A stretch of 64,000 nucleotides of DNA from positions 18,850,001 to 18,914,000 of the forward strand of contig NC_086109.1 of the NCBI RefSeq assembly GCF_963921235.1. Direction: 5' to 3'. The DNA comes from Mobula hypostoma (taxonomy: Eukaryota). Positions 37,043-51,194 of this stretch are shown in pieces. The first letter of the stretch is position 1; the number at the start of each line of letters is the position of its first letter. The notes beneath the pieces were generated by a model that saw only the letters and a list, made by a program, of their open reading frames with translations, was not told where the DNA came from and ran no database searches. The translations under genes were made by a program, and so were the position numbers.

Positions 37043-37291
37043 ATGGTAAACTGATACCATCTGCCTGCTCTTGCCCTCTTTCCCCTATTCTCTGCCTGCT
37101 TAAGTACCTTCTAAACACTGCTGCCTTTTCTGCTTCCATCAGCCTCCCTGGCAGCGCATTCATAGAACCTACCAAGTTCAAGGTTATTGTCATTCAACCA
37201 TGCACATGTGTACAGCTAAATGAAACATTGTTCCTCTGGGGCCAGGGTGCAAAACATAGTACGTATAGTCACACACATCACACAACACATA

Positions 37292-37960
37292 TTAGATTAT
37301 GAAAACACTCAGTCCTCTTTTATTGTCATTTAGAAATGCATACATGCATTAAGAAACGATGCAATGTTTCTCCGGAGTGATATCACAGAAAACAGGACAA
37401 ACCAAAGAGTAACACTGACAGAACCACCTAATTATAACATATAGTTACAGCAGTGCAAAGCAATACCATAATTTGATGAAGAAGAAACCATGGGCACGGT
37501 AAAAGATGTCTCGAAAGTCCCCGAGTCAATCGACTCCCGAGTCCCTGACAGCAGGCGGCAAAAAGGAGAAACTCCCTGCCATAAACCTCCAGGCACCGTC
37601 AACTTGCCGATGCCTTGGAAGCAGCCGACCACAGCCGACACTGAGTCCATCCATCCAAAAACTTCGAGCCTCCGACCAGCCCCTCCGATACAGCCTCCCG
37701 AGCGCCATCCTCTGCCGAGAGCCTTCGACCTAGCCCTGGCCGCTGAAAAAAACAAAGCCGAGGATTTCGGGGACTTCTGCTCTGGAATTCCGGTTACCAC
37801 ACAGTAGCAGCAGCAGCGAAGTTTTCCAGACGTTCCTCCGTACTCTCACGTCCGTTTCCATCAAATCAGAATTGTGCACAGTCCCCTACTTGACAGATAA
37901 CAGATATTCATCACCGGAGAGGTCGTGCGCGCTGCTGTCGTGCTGCCATCTTCTCCTCCA
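37292..37960 (-). mobile_element. Apparently full-length (~670 bp) non-autonomous LINE-derived element, (TCTAA)n family
   Basis: 5' end gaagatggcagc..., 3' aataaa...gagtgttttcataatctaa; no RT coding sequence; three truncated copies elsewhere. Confidence 0.85.
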
Positions 37961-38699
37961 TATAGTTACAATCTAGCACATACAATCACAAAATAATATT
38001 AACACAAGTCCCTGAGTGGCATGAAGATTGAGGTTGCATGAAGTGTGAGGAGCATGTTTCAGTAAGACAGTGTAATGCTACTGGCTCGAGTATAATAAAA
38101 AAAGCAGTCGTATAAATACGTGAAGCAGCAAAAATAAAAGATGAAAAGTGAACAATGCAGAATGAGAGTGCGACTGTGAGTAAAATCTGTTTTGTTAATG
38201 TCATTTATTTGTGAGTAATTAATGTTTTTTGATTTTATTGTGACATAAGAGGATTAATCAAACAAGTCTGTAATCACTCATTCTATTTATGAACCCCTTG
38301 ATTAGTCTTCAAACTGTAATTCATTCCCCCAATTTAAGTTTGCACATAATGCCCTTGAATCCCTTGACTAGACTTCCAGTACCTGTGATGAAATATTCAA
38401 ATTAATAAGCTCCTCAATACGGTTCGAGCAAGCAATTTTTCCAGAGTATCCGTCACACTTCACAGAAACCTGTTCAGCTCGATTCCTCCATGTACTCTCA
38501 TCGATTCACCTGTCGTTTTCTACACCTTTCCCTGACTCATCCCACACATCCCTCACAGAGAACGCAATCTCAGAAATGTTCCTAGATATTCATCGTTCTA
38601 TATCTAAACAAGCAAACCCCTCAGTTAGATTCCATCACGTGTAGCAGGTATTCGGTATTCTATATGTAACAGATCCCTCCTTGTTTACACTTATTTACT

Positions 38700-39880
38700 T
38701 GGTGGCAGAGTGGTGTAGCAGTATAGGCTCATTTATACTTGTGCGTACTAGCTTGTGCCTTAAGCTACGCAAGTGGGCTACCCCATTGTGAGCATTTATA
38801 CTTCTGCATTGGTGTGTCTGCGTCGCTCTGCAATTCACCGCCAAAACGCTAGTTGGCGGTGGGGTTTCTATGCCACTGTGTTGAGTTTCTTCATGTTGAA
38901 ACTCAACAGGAAGAAACTCAAACTTCAAACAATGGCGACTGAAACTGAAGGAGGGTGAATTTTCTGTGCCTATCCGGCCACTGAGAGACATGGACAAGGA
39001 AATGCATTTCAAATATTTTCGGATGTCGGCAGGTAGATTTGACGATTTGGTTCATCGTCTCCAACCTTTTATTTCGCATCAATGTATGCACAGTATACTC
39101 AGAGACTGGCAATCACCATTCAAGTTTTAGCTTCAGGTGGAAGTCAACAGGCTGTAGCAGCTAGCCACAAACTGGCGTCAAGCACAGGGTCCTCCATAAT
39201 TTCGGAGGTTTGTAAAGCTTTATGGAAAGCATTGCAGCCAGAGTTCCTTCCCTGCCCTTCAGTCGCCCAATGGGAAGCTATTGCAGCGTAGGAGGAAATG
39301 CGATGCTACCAAGCAGATCAATCACAGTTGTTCGGTCTGTGTCGCCGCGACGCGTAGTTACATTTTGAGAGAGGTGCGCATTAGGCTACGGCGAAGGGTT
39401 GGCGTAGAGTACAGCGTAGAGTACGCGGCTACGCCGTACCTGTGGCATACATTTGACGCACAAGTGTAAATCAGCCTTTAGTGCAACGCGTTACAGTGCC
39501 AGCCCTCACGGATCAGGGTTCTATTGCCGCCACTACCTATAAGACCCGATGAAGGGTCTCGGCCTGAAACATCGACTGGTTACTCTTTTCCGTAGATGCC
39601 GCCTGATCTGCTGAGTTCCTCCAGCATTTTGTGTGTGCTGCTTTTTCATGCTTGCGGCTATCTGTAAAGGGTTTGCATGTTCACCCTGTGACCGCGTGGG
39701 TTTGCTCTGGGATGCTCCGACTTTAGGATTAGTGAGTTGTAGCTATGCCCCATTGACACTGGAAGTGTGGCAACAATTGCGAGCTGCCCAACACAACCCT
39801 CACTGATTGGATTTGATGTAAAACAACGCATTTCACTGTATGCTTCGATGTACGTATGACAAAGAAAGCTAATCTTAAAA
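38700..39880 (+). mobile_element. V-SINE interrupted by a Harbinger element and a Penelope fragment (39540-39645)
   Basis: Head ggtggcagagtggtgtagcag|TTA|gtgcaacgc...; V-domain gtttgcatgttc..cctgtgaccgcgtgggttt; tail catttcactgtatgcttcgatgtac. Confidence 0.8.
38725..39477 (+). mobile_element. Internally deleted PIF/Harbinger transposon with a HARBI1-like transposase N-terminal fragment (about 38960-39290)
   Basis: TIRs aggctcatttatacttgtgcgt / acgcacaagtgtaaatcagcct; TTA target; [21 protein letters not shown] and [44 protein letters not shown]. Confidence 0.9.
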
Positions 39881-41435
39881 ACATATTCCCTGCTATCTGC
39901 AGTTTTTGTTTATTTCTCATATATTATATAAATGAAATATACTTGGCAGACAGGGTGGGCTGCATGACCTATTTCTATGCTGCATGACTCAATAACTTCC
40001 CTGTTGAAAGGATTATTCCTCCTGCTTATTTGAAGCAAAGGGTCAGGCACAGTCTATGAATCTCAGCTATTTAATTATACCACTGGAATCAATCACTCGG
40101 TGGATTTTATTTATATAGTTATTTAGAAATACAGTGTTGAATACACCTTCTGGCCCTTCGAGCTAAGCCACCTCAGCAACCACCAACTTATACCAAATCT
40201 AATCACGGGACTATTTACAATGACCAATTAACCTACCTGGTATCTCTTTGGACTGCGGGCGGAATCTGGAGCTCCTGGAGAAAACCCACACGTTCCACGT
40301 GAAGAACACACAGAGCCCTTACAGATGACGCCGGAATTGAACTCTGAACTCCAACGCCTTGAGCATCATGCTAATCGGTACGCTACCGCCAAGTTGCCTG
40401 TGGCGTACCGTAGGTTTGCTGGGTTGATGCCTGGAACATAGCAAAAAGAAAAATTAATTATGTCCTTATTCAGTGGAATTTAACAGGATCAGGTTAGAAA
40501 ATGATAGAAAATTGTGGACATGCTAGGCTGGTACTGGAGGCATGGTGATACCTGTGGGCTGTTCCTGTCACATCCTCAGATTGTGTTGGTCATTGATGCA
40601 AATGACGCATTTCACTCTATGTTTCAATGTACATGTGACAAATAAAGCTAATATTTAATATTTTAACTTTTATCTTTACTTGGTGAGCCATCAAAATGGT
40701 CAGTTGCAGGATTATGAGAGTTTTATTTTTCTACTTTGCATTGAATTCAAAAGGGCAGAAAAGAAGTTGAAAGGAGAAAGAAATTCCCAATTCCAGTCGC
40801 ACAACACAATACGGGTGATGACTCTGTAGGAATAGATCCTATATACAATAATGTGATAAAAAGACTAATTATATTTTAGATGTGGGAACAAGAGATAAAT
40901 ATTGATCTAAAGACGAGAAGAGGTCTCTTCTGGACTGTTGGTTGATTGATAAGAAATATTAACATATAACTAGCCTTTAATCACTGTTTAACAGCAGCCC
41001 ACTTAGCAACAACCATAGATTACTCTAACCAGTCACATTCCAGATGCATTAACCAATTATTTCCCCATGATGTCAATCATCATCTTGGTTTATGCAATAA
41101 TAATTCTCAGCTGGGTAACATACTCTGATTGAAGCACTAATATGATTCAATGGAGATGCTGGCTTATTTATGAAATAATAAGCAGCAAATTGAAAGCAAA
41201 ATGCATCTTTTTGAGGCAGGTCTTTACAACATCTGGTGCTCACTTATTTCACTGGCCAGCTCAGTTGGTTTATCATAAAGAAGCTAATGGTTAAACAAGA
41301 TCCATAAAGAGAAAGGCATATGAACAATCAAACCTGCACTTTCTCTCAATTATATGGCTGACCTCTCGCCTCAGTTCTCCTTCTCTACTTCCATCTACTT
41401 CTCTTCTGATTCCTATAGTAATCAAAAATATATGC

Positions 41436-41700
41436 ATTTAAGGTGAGAGGGGGCAAGTTCAAAAGAGATGTGAGAGGCATGTTTTTTGAAACAGACAGCC
41501 TGGAATGCACTGCCCGGTGTGATGGTAGTGGTAGGTACATTAGGGACTTTTAAGAGATGTTAGATAGGCATGTGAATGTGAGAGCAATGGAAGGTTGTGG
41601 ACATTAGGTAGATGGAAGGGATTAGTTTAGCAGGCCAGTTGATTACTAATTTAATTGGTGCAACATTGTGGGGCAAAAGGCTCTGTTCTCTGTTCTGCGT
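41436..41700 (+). mobile_element. CR1 3' end; an older minus-strand CR1 remnant follows (about 41705-42430)
   Basis: tttaaggtgagagggggcaagttcaaaagagatgtgag...tggaatgcactgcc...ttagataggc. Confidence 0.75.
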
Positions 41701-44359
41701 ATATCAATCTTGAATATTCTTGATAACGGAACAGCAACTGCCTGTGAGTCAGGATCTCTTGTAGGAGTTCCATTCCTGTCAGTCCTATACGACTAATATC
41801 ATAGTCTTGACTGTAACCCTAGTTCTAGGCTCTCTATTAGGGGGCAAACAATCTCTCAGCTTCTATCTTCTATTACCTGATATTTCAAGATGATGACTCC
41901 TCCCCACTGTTTTAAACTCCAGGGAACAAAGGCTCATTTTCCTTCCTCCTCAAAAACCAAGAATAGAAGAACTTAAGAAATAGGATCACTAACAAGCCAT
42001 AATATTGAGGTTGATCTGATCTTTGACCTCAACATTCCTGTCTACTCTCCCACAGATGGTCCAGAAAACCTGTCTCACCTTTGAATATTCAGCTAGCACA
42101 GCCCTTTTGGGTGACGGAAGTCCAATGATTTGCAAACCTCAAAGATATTAGCCCTCACTTTTGTCTTTCATTTAATTCTGAGCCTGCTCCATTTATTTAA
42201 ACTCCGTAACCAGAGGAAATGTCTTCACAACACTGACTACAAAGCTGCTAAGAATCTTATTTACCTCCATGAGATTTCATTCTTCCAAATTCTAGATAGG
42301 ATGGGCTCAACTAGCCTAACTTTTCCATATAGAACTTTCCAGGAATCAACCTACAGAATCTTCATGGTGCTGCATCCAAGTGTCTATGGTCCCTTCAATA
42401 ATGAGACCGACATGTGCAGCACAATTGGCTGTCTCCACATCGAAACCATCCACAGATTCTTTTACTTGTGAGTTCTGATCATTGCAGGCAGCTCATATAG
42501 GGACACACCACTATGCAAGATACATTTTGAGCTACTGGGGTGTGCCAATGAGTTAATGCATGCTGCAATCATTGGAAGGAGGTGGGATAATCACCCATGA
42601 TTGGGGAGGGGTGTCACAGGAACATGGCAAGATGCTAAAGAGCAGGTAGCATACTCTCTCTACGAGGACATTTCTGGAAGAGCATAACTCTAGTCTAGGA
42701 AAGCATGCCCTTTGCTGAAGCATACAATACAGGCAAAGGACTCTGCTCCTTCTGTTCGACTCTTCTCAAGACCTTTCCCCGAGTCTGGAGTTTGGCCGAC
42801 TTCTCAAACACATCAGTGAACAGCTAACAGTGAGATGTGTAGAGATTAGTAGTGGCTAGATTGATCCTGAGACTAGGAAGCCAACAGTGGACAAGAGTCT
42901 GACCCTGACTTCCATGAGCAAAGTAGGCAAAGTAGGTCCAGTTAGATTTGAGATGGTAAGAGGTCAGAGGTCTCACAGATCTCACAGATCCAGTGCCTCT
43001 TTAGATGGCACAATTTCAGGGATTACTGGTTTGGTAATACCTGTTTGTTTAGTAAGTCAGAACCAAGGTTTATCTGATTAGTAATGTCGAAGACCTCACT
43101 GCTGATGAATTTTGTGTGGCTCAGCTCTTGACATTGTAAGCTGAAAAAAGAAGTTTTGTAGAGAATGAAATTCCCACCTGATCATGAGAAAGGTAATTTC
43201 CCAAAGGGCAGCAAGACAAAAAATAGGATAATCAATTATCCAACTGTGTTTTTCAGTGTCCAGCGATTTTTATTTTGTGTAACTAAATATTTAGCTCTTT
43301 GTGGCTCTTAAAAATATTCTAAATGCTTTCAAGGCAAGATTCTTTCTCAATTCATACTGCCTTTCTTTCAAGGAATTAAGATCCCTAAATACCATGACGT
43401 TAGGTAGCTATTAAGTATATTATTATTACAATAATAATATAGATATATATTTATTATTAAAACAATCGATAATAATTATTATAGGTACAGTATATAATTC
43501 ACAAACCTTTTCATTCTTAATCCGAGCTGTGATCATGATGTATTGAATTACTCAGGGGCACTGGGGTCCTCATCTTTTATCCTCCTAGGCTCCACACGGT
43601 ATATATTATCCTTGGGAAAGTAGCTGGCATAATTAATGGCCCCACCCATCTTGGACATCTCTCTGCTTTTCCTTGCCACCAAGCAGAAGATACAAAAGCC
43701 TGAAAACACCTGCCATGAGGCTCAAAGACAGCTTCTATCCTGCAGGACTAAGACTATTGAATGGTCCCTAGTAATGGACCTCACAATCTACCTTGTTCTG
43801 ACCTTGCATCTCATTATCTGCTTGCATGCACTTTTTCTGTAACTGTAACGCTTTACTCCGCATTCTCTCATTGCTGTTCTTTGTACTACCTCAATGCAAT
43901 GTGGTGATAAAATGACCTTGTATGGAAAGCATTCAAAATAAAGTTTTCACTGTACCTTGGTACCAATTATAAACTAACTTGCCAATTTACAAATATTTAA
44001 GACGTACTTGTGGGAGAGCTTCTTCACTCAGAGGGTGGTTGGCGTGTGGAACAATCTGCTAGAGGATGTGGATTCAAATTGCAACATTTGAGTTAAGTTT
44101 GCATAAGTATATGGATGGAGGGTTATGCACCAATATGTTGCATGTATAACACGATGGGACGAGGCAGAATAATAGTTTGGCATGGATTAAGTGGAATGAA
44201 AGGCCTTTTTCTGTGCTGTAGTGTTCTATGATTCCATTTACTACCTGGTTCTTTATCAAAGGGTACAGAGGGAGGGGTGGGGTAGAAAAGAGGAGAGTAA
44301 GGAAAAGGTATTGATCAATCTGGCAGAGGCCTTTGGAATGGTTCACCAATGGAAGTATG

Positions 44360-44570
44360 CCGGCCAGTATTGTAGTGGCATCTGCACTGGACTTTGAGGC
44401 GAATGGCCCCCGGGTTCAAATCCGGCCAGCTCTATCCACACACTGTATCAGTGCTGGGTTGAGTGTCGAGCTAGCAACTCGAACCTGTAAAAACAGACAA
44501 AAAGGCTAAAGAAACGACAAAGTTGCTGCCCGATACGCCACAAGGCACAGAAAGGAATAACAACAACAAT
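44360..44570 (+). mobile_element. tRNA-derived SINE with (AAC)n tail; related head at about 60040-60290 (-)
   Basis: A-box-like tgtagtgg, B-box gggttcaaatcc, shared gtgctgggtt motif. Confidence 0.65.
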
Positions 44571-45511
44571 GACCTGTGGAAGTACTTGTTAGAATGTGTT
44601 GCTAACGAGAATGAGTGTGTGGGGTACAGGGCAGAATGAAGGAATACAAAATTAAAGTTTAATCTAACTTTAGTTGTGGTTTTGTTTACTCTCTGGTTTT
44701 CATACAGAGGGAATCGTTTCACTGCAGAAGCCTAAGCCTAAACCAGACACACATACACACACAGCAACACCAAAACAAGCTGATTTAGTCTGTTTTTCCC
44801 ACTCTGGTGGATGTACTACCAGCCACAGTAGTGAGTAGGTCACATGACAGTAATGTTCATAGGGTTGGGTTTCCTTGGTTGGACTGCCAAAGGGTCTCTT
44901 TTGGAGGACAGAGGCGAACCGAAATCTATTTACCCTTTTGGTGGTAAATTCTTAGTATCACACTGATATAGACACATATACATTCTGAGTGACTTAGTGG
45001 TTAATGTTGTGAAGATATTTCATAATACAGTATATTTGATTCAGGCACAGAATATCAATTGCTGAGTATATTCAAGTTAAGGCAATAAATATTTTGATAT
45101 GACAGGAATAGGGGATATTTACGCCAACATCAAATTGGGTTTATTGTCATGTGCACAACTATGGAGAGGTACAGGCACAATGAAAGACTTTGTTTGTAGC
45201 AGGATTACAAACAAGTACACTCCGAAAACAAATTATAGGACATAGGTTATGAACATACTATATGAAAATGACAGTGAAAAATGACCACACACTACAAGAC
45301 ATTTATGCAAAAAATAACGCAGTTAAGGCTCTATGGTTGCGCATATCATAATGCAGGAATGTGGTGCTGGGGTGACGAAGAAAGGAAGAAGGAGAGAAAG
45401 TAAATGTTTACGAGGCTACTGATGTGCAATGACCTATTGGAATGGTGAAGTGGACATGATAGAGTGAATTACCTTCTCAGAATTCTGCTTCATATATCCA
45501 TTGTTAGATTC

Positions 45512-48380
45512 ATAGAGTCATAGAAAGCTACAGCACAGAAACAGGCCCTTCGGTCCATTTAGTCCATGCCAAACTAAGTAAACCTTCTAAACCCATCGAC
45601 TGGCTCCTGGACCATAGACTTCCATACCCCTCCCATCCATGTACCTATCCAAACTTCTCTTAAACATTGAAATCGAAATTGCATGCACCACTTGCACCGA
45701 CAGCTCATTCCGCACTCCCTCCACCCTATGAATGAAGAAGTTCCCCCTATTGTTCCCCTTAAACATTTCACCTTTCACCCTCAAACTATGACCTCTATTT
45801 ATAGCCTCACCCGACCTCAGTGGAAAAAGCCTGCTTTGCATTTACCTTATCTACACACCTCATAATTTGTATGCCTCTATCAAATCACTCCTCAATCTTA
45901 TATGTTCTAGGGAATAAGGCTCTAACCTATTAAACATTCCCTATAACTTGGGTCCTCCAGTCTCTGCAACACCCTTGTAAATTTTCTCTGTACTCTTTCA
46001 GTCTTACTTACATCTTTCCTGTAGGTAGGTGACCAAAACTGCACACAGTACTCCAAATTAGTCCTCACCAATGTCTTATATAACTTCAACATAACATCCT
46101 ATACCCAATATTTTTGTCTATGAAGGCCAATGTGCTTTTTTATGACCCTATTTACCTATGATGTTACATTCAATGAATTATGGATCTGTGTTCCCAGATC
46201 CCTTTGTTCTACTGCATTTCTCAGTGCCCGAACACTCACTGTGTAAGGACCTGGTTGGTCCTCCCAAAGTGCAACACCTCACACTTGTCTGCATTACATT
46301 CCACCTGCCATTTCTCAGCCCATTTTTCCAACTGGTCCAGATCCTGCTGTAAGCTCTAATAGTCTCCTTCACTGTCCATTACACCTCCCAGTCTTGGTGT
46401 CATCCACAAATTTTCTGATCCAGTTAACCACATTATCATCCAGATCATTGATATAGATAACAAACAACAAAGGACCCAGAATTGATCCCAATGGCACTTG
46501 ACTAGTTACCAGCTTCCAGTCAGAGAGGCAACTATCTACTAAAACTCTCTGGCTTCTCCTGCAAAGCCAGTGTCTAATCCAATTTACTACCTTATCTTCA
46601 ATGCCAAATGACTGAACTTTCTTGTCCAACCTCCCATGCAGGATATTGTCAAATCCCTTGCTGAAATCATGTAGACAACATGCACTGCCTTGCCTTCGTC
46701 GGCTTTCCTGGTAATATCCTTAAAAAAAAACTCTATAAGATTGGTTAGACATGACATTCTAAGCACAAAGCCCTGCTGACTATTCCAATCAATCTCTGTC
46801 TATCCAAATGATTATATAGTCTGAATCTTAGAATACCTTCCAATAACTTTCTCACTACTAATGTCAGGCTCATTGGAGTATAATTTCCTGGTTTATTCTT
46901 AGAGTATTTCTTAACAGTCGAACAACATTAGCTATCTCCAATCCTGTATCTCACCTGTTGATAAGATAATTTAAATAACTTTGTCGGAACCCCTGCAATT
47001 TCTGCATTTGCCTCCCACAGGGTCTGAGGGAACATCTTGTAAGGCACTAAGGATTTGTCCACCCTGATTTACCTCAAGTCAGCAGAAACCTCCTCCTCTG
47101 TAATCTGTGTAAGGTCCATGACCTTGTTATTGTGTCGCCTTATTTTTATAGACTTGGTGTCTGACTCTTGACTAAATGAAGATGCAAGAAATCCATTTAC
47201 GATCTCCCCCACCTCTTTTGGCTCCATGCAATGGTTATCATTCTGATCTTCCAGACGACCAATTTTATTTCTTGCCATCCTTTTGCTCTTAACATATCAG
47301 TGGAAGCTCTTAGGATTCTCCTTCACCTTGTCTGCTACAGCAACCTCATGCCTTCTTTTAACCCTCTGATTGCTTTCCTAAGTGTTCTCTTGCATTTCTT
47401 ATACTCCTCAAGTACATCATTTGTTCCTACCTAAATATACCTGCTGTGCATTTTCATTGTTTTCCTTAACCAGGGCCTCAATATCTCTTGAAAACTAAGG
47501 TTCCCTAGAGCTGTTATATTTACCTTTTATTCTGACAGGCACAAAATCTCACATTTGAAGGCCTCCCATTTACCGAGTACATCTTTGCCAGAAAACAGCC
47601 TGTCCCTATCTACACTTGCCAGATCCTTTCTGATACCATCAAAATTGACCTTTCTCCAATTTAGAATCTCAACCAAGAACCAGACCTATCCTTTTCCATA
47701 ATTACATTGAAAATAATAGTTTTATGATCACTAGATGCAAAGTGTTCCCCTGAACAAACTTCTATCACCTGCACTGTCTCATTTCCTAATAGGAGATCAA
47801 GTATTGCTCACTTTCTCATTCGGGCTTCTATCAAGGAAATTTCCCAGAACTTGAAAACATCTAGTCCTTTTACAGCATGGGAGTCCCTGTCAATATGTAG
47901 AAAGTTAGAATCACCTATTATCACAGGCATCTGTTTCTTGTAACAGTCTGCAATCTCTCTACAAATTTGTTCCTCTGAATCATGCAGATTGTGGGATGGT
48001 CTACAATATCGCCCCTTTCTTGTGGTCATAACTGCCCCTCCTGCAGCCAAGTCCTACTACTGGCTACAGTATCATAGTTCCATTTGTTGATCGGTGCCCA
48101 GAGCTCAGCAGCTTTTCCTACACTAATTCTTGCCTTGAAATATAAGCAACTCAAAACATTAGTCGCACCATGCTCAAAGTTTTGTTTCCTGACTTAGCTT
48201 GAGGTCTTAATAACATCTCTTTCCACAACCGCTCTATTATCTGTTGTGGCACTCTGGTTCCAATTGCCTTGCAACCCTACTTGCAACTTTACTCCCTTCC
48301 AGTCTAGGTGCAGACTGTTTCTTCTGTAGAGATCCCATCTTCTCTGGAAGAGAGCCAACGATCCAAAAATCTGAGGGCAA
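45512..48380 (-). mobile_element. Long decayed CR1 LINE (ORF1 esterase end, EN, RT, 3' UTR)
   Basis: LFQRRWDLYRRNSLHLDWKG (ORF1); EEQICREIA...VIIGDSNF (EN); VTSQVPLGSILGPLLFVIYINDLD...IRKFVDDTK (RT); GNFFIHRV. Confidence 0.92.
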
Positions 48381-49269
48381 TTCAAACAATGGCAACATCA
48401 ACCACCCTGCAGCTCAGGATAAATAGAACCTTTCCTTTCAGGAAAATGGCCTCTTCTATCCACTTCTCTCACCAACTAGTAAATCAAAAGAAGATATGTG
48501 AATTGCTTCCCCTTTATGACTCTTGCATTCAAACACTGTACCAGGTCGTCTGGCTATGAACTGTGAGGCTGTGGAACATTACCTTTAAAACATGCTGATG
48601 TGACATTATGGTTACAACCTCTAAGGGTCTCATCGCTTCACATTAAGATACTTGGAAAGAGCACATTATTATTTACTATTAATTATAAAAAAGCTGAGTG
48701 GGTAACACATAAAGCAAAACATGAGGCACGTGTCTTGGATTGAGCTGGATCTGAGGCCCAACACTGACAGTGTAATAAGAAATAATTCACCCCCTGAATG
48801 AAGACCCAGTTTGTTTTATTTCAAATATTTACAAAGGGAGACAAAGTATGAGGCATCTGCTGGATGAGCTGACTGCCGCATCACTGGCTCTGTAAATGGT
48901 GTGTGTTTTGAGATACCACAGCACAGCACTAAAACTAAAATAAATAGTTGGATTGTTTCCACTCCTCCACTCCGATGTTGCTTGATAGCAATGCAATTGA
49001 AATCTTCTGAATCAGCATGGAGGCTTTATAAGGCATTGGCCGGACATCATTTGGAGTATTGTGAATGGTTTTGGGCCCCATATCTAAGAAATGGGTGGTG
49101 GGGTGGAGATACGTCTCTACCAAAGGAGGTGTAAGGTGCTCTTTCCCTCTGTTAACCTGCTAGTCACCCCTGCATAAGGAGTAGCACCTGCTTAGACCCC
49201 CAAAACAGGGTCACGTGAAGCGATAGGAGCAGATGGTATATGGTCGTATGAGTAGGTGGTGTACATCAC

Positions 49270-49418
49270 AAGCAAGAGAAAATCTGCAGATGCTGGAAAT
49301 CCAAGCAACACACACAAAATACTGGAGGAAGTTGGCAGGCCAGGCAGCGTCTATGGAGAAGAGTACGGTCGACATCTTGATGAAGGGTCTTGGCCCAAAA
49401 CGTCGACTGTACTCTTTT
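49270..49418. mobile_element. Penelope terminal fragment in inverted arrangement with a mutated hammerhead
   Basis: agagtacggtcgac...tcTTGATGAagggtcttggcccAAAAcgtcgactgtactct. Confidence 0.72.
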
Positions 49419-49574
49419 GCTAAATGGGAAGTATTTCAGAAGAAGGAAGTGCTGATCGCTCTTGGCTTTTGAGTTATTGCCCATCTTTGCAAGATTGCTG
49501 GTTTAAAGCTGGCAACTCGGGTTTGCCAGGCTGACACTCATGTTCCATTTGCTCTTCTTAGAATCTACAAGAGA

Positions 49575-50890
49575 GCTATAGAGCACTGCAGCACAGAATC
49601 AGGCCCTTCGGGCCATCTAGTCAGTGTCAACTGTTTTTCTGCCTATTCAAAATCAGAATCAGAATCAGGCTTATTATCACCGGCATGTGCAAGTGATAAT
49701 ATAGAAGGTGATAATATATTTTTATATGGAATAAATAAAAAAATAATAAATAAGAAAATTAATTACAGTATATGCATATTGAATAGATTAAAAATCATGC
49801 AAAAAAACAAAAATAATATATATAAAAAATGTGAGGTAGTGTTCAAGGGTTCAATGTCCATTTAGGAATCAGATGGCAGAGGGGAAGAAGCTGTTCCTGA
49901 ATCACTGAGTGTGTGCCTTCAGGCTTCTGTACCTCCTACCCGATGGTAACAGTGAGAAAAGGGCATGCCCTTGGTGCTGGAGGTCTTTAATAATGGACGC
50001 TGCCTTTCTGAGACACCGCTCCCTGTCAGAATGCTCTCCACAGTACATCTATAGAAGTTTTTGAGTGCATTTTTTGACATGCCAAATCTCTTCAAACACC
50101 TAATGAAGTCTGGTCACTGTCTTGCCTTCTTTAAAACCGCATCGATATGTTGGGACCAGGTTAGGTCCTCAGAAATCTTGAAACCCAGGAACTTGAAACT
50201 GCTCTCTGCTTTTGATCCCTCTATGATGGTTGGTATGTGTTCCTTTGTCTTACCCTTCTTGAAGTCCACAAACAGCCCACCTCCCCGCACACAGACCATA
50301 GCCCTTTGTTCCCCTCTCAGCTATGTATATACCTATCTAAGCTTTTCTGAAATGTTGCCATTGAACCCACATCTACTTCTGCTGACAGCTCATTCCACAC
50401 TCGCTCCACCCTCTGAGCGAAAAAGTTTCCTTTCAGGTTCCCCTTAAATATTTCACCATTCACCCTAAACCTATGACCTCTAGTTCTTGCCTCACCCAGC
50501 CTCTGAGGAAAAGCCTGCATACATTTACTCTACCTATCTCCTTCATAATCTTGTATATCTCAGTACGATCACCTCTCATTCTCCTATGCTCAAGGGAATG
50601 AAGTCCCAACTTTTCAACCTTTCCTTATAACTCAGGTCCTCAAGACACAGCATCATCTTTATAAATTTTCTCCGTATACTTTCAAGCTTATTGATATCTT
50701 TTCCTGTAGCTCCGTAACCAGAACTGCACATAATATTTCAAATTTGTCCTAACAAATGTCTTATATAACTTCAACATAACATTCCAAGTCTAGCACTGAG
50801 TGCTCTGATTTATGAAGGGAAATGTGCCAAAGGCTCTCATTATGACCTTGCCTTTCTAGGAATTATAGATCTTTGTGCCCAGGTCCTTTT
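49575..50890 (-). mobile_element. CR1 3' fragment interrupted by a Rex1 3' fragment (49650-50272)
   Basis: CR1: ARTRGHRFRVNGEIFKGNLKGNFFAQRV. Rex1: SFKFLGFKISEDLTWSQHIDAVLKKARQ. Confidence 0.88.
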
Positions 50891-51194
50891 GTCCGACAGG
50901 ACTTATGTCCATCCAGTTCTGTGGATTGTAAGATGGCTCCAGACTGCTCCACAGATGGGGCAGGAGGTGCCTAGTGGAACAGGTGAGTGAGTAGGTTTTG
51001 TGACTATATGTGAATGTGATACAGAAACTCAAAGGCTCTCAATATCATCCTGAATGCTTCTACTATGGTGGGAAGACTAAGATCCAAAGAAGAGTTTCAA
51101 TTTGAAACATCAACAATTCCTTTCCCCACACAGATGCTATTTGACCAGTTGAATTCCTCTGGCAGACTGGTTGTTGCTCTAGATTTCAGCATCT

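Noticed and set aside
43416..43441. Perfect 12-bp AT-only inverted repeat (tatattattatt-ac-aataataatata)
   Set aside because: Expected in a low-complexity AT tract; no other support.
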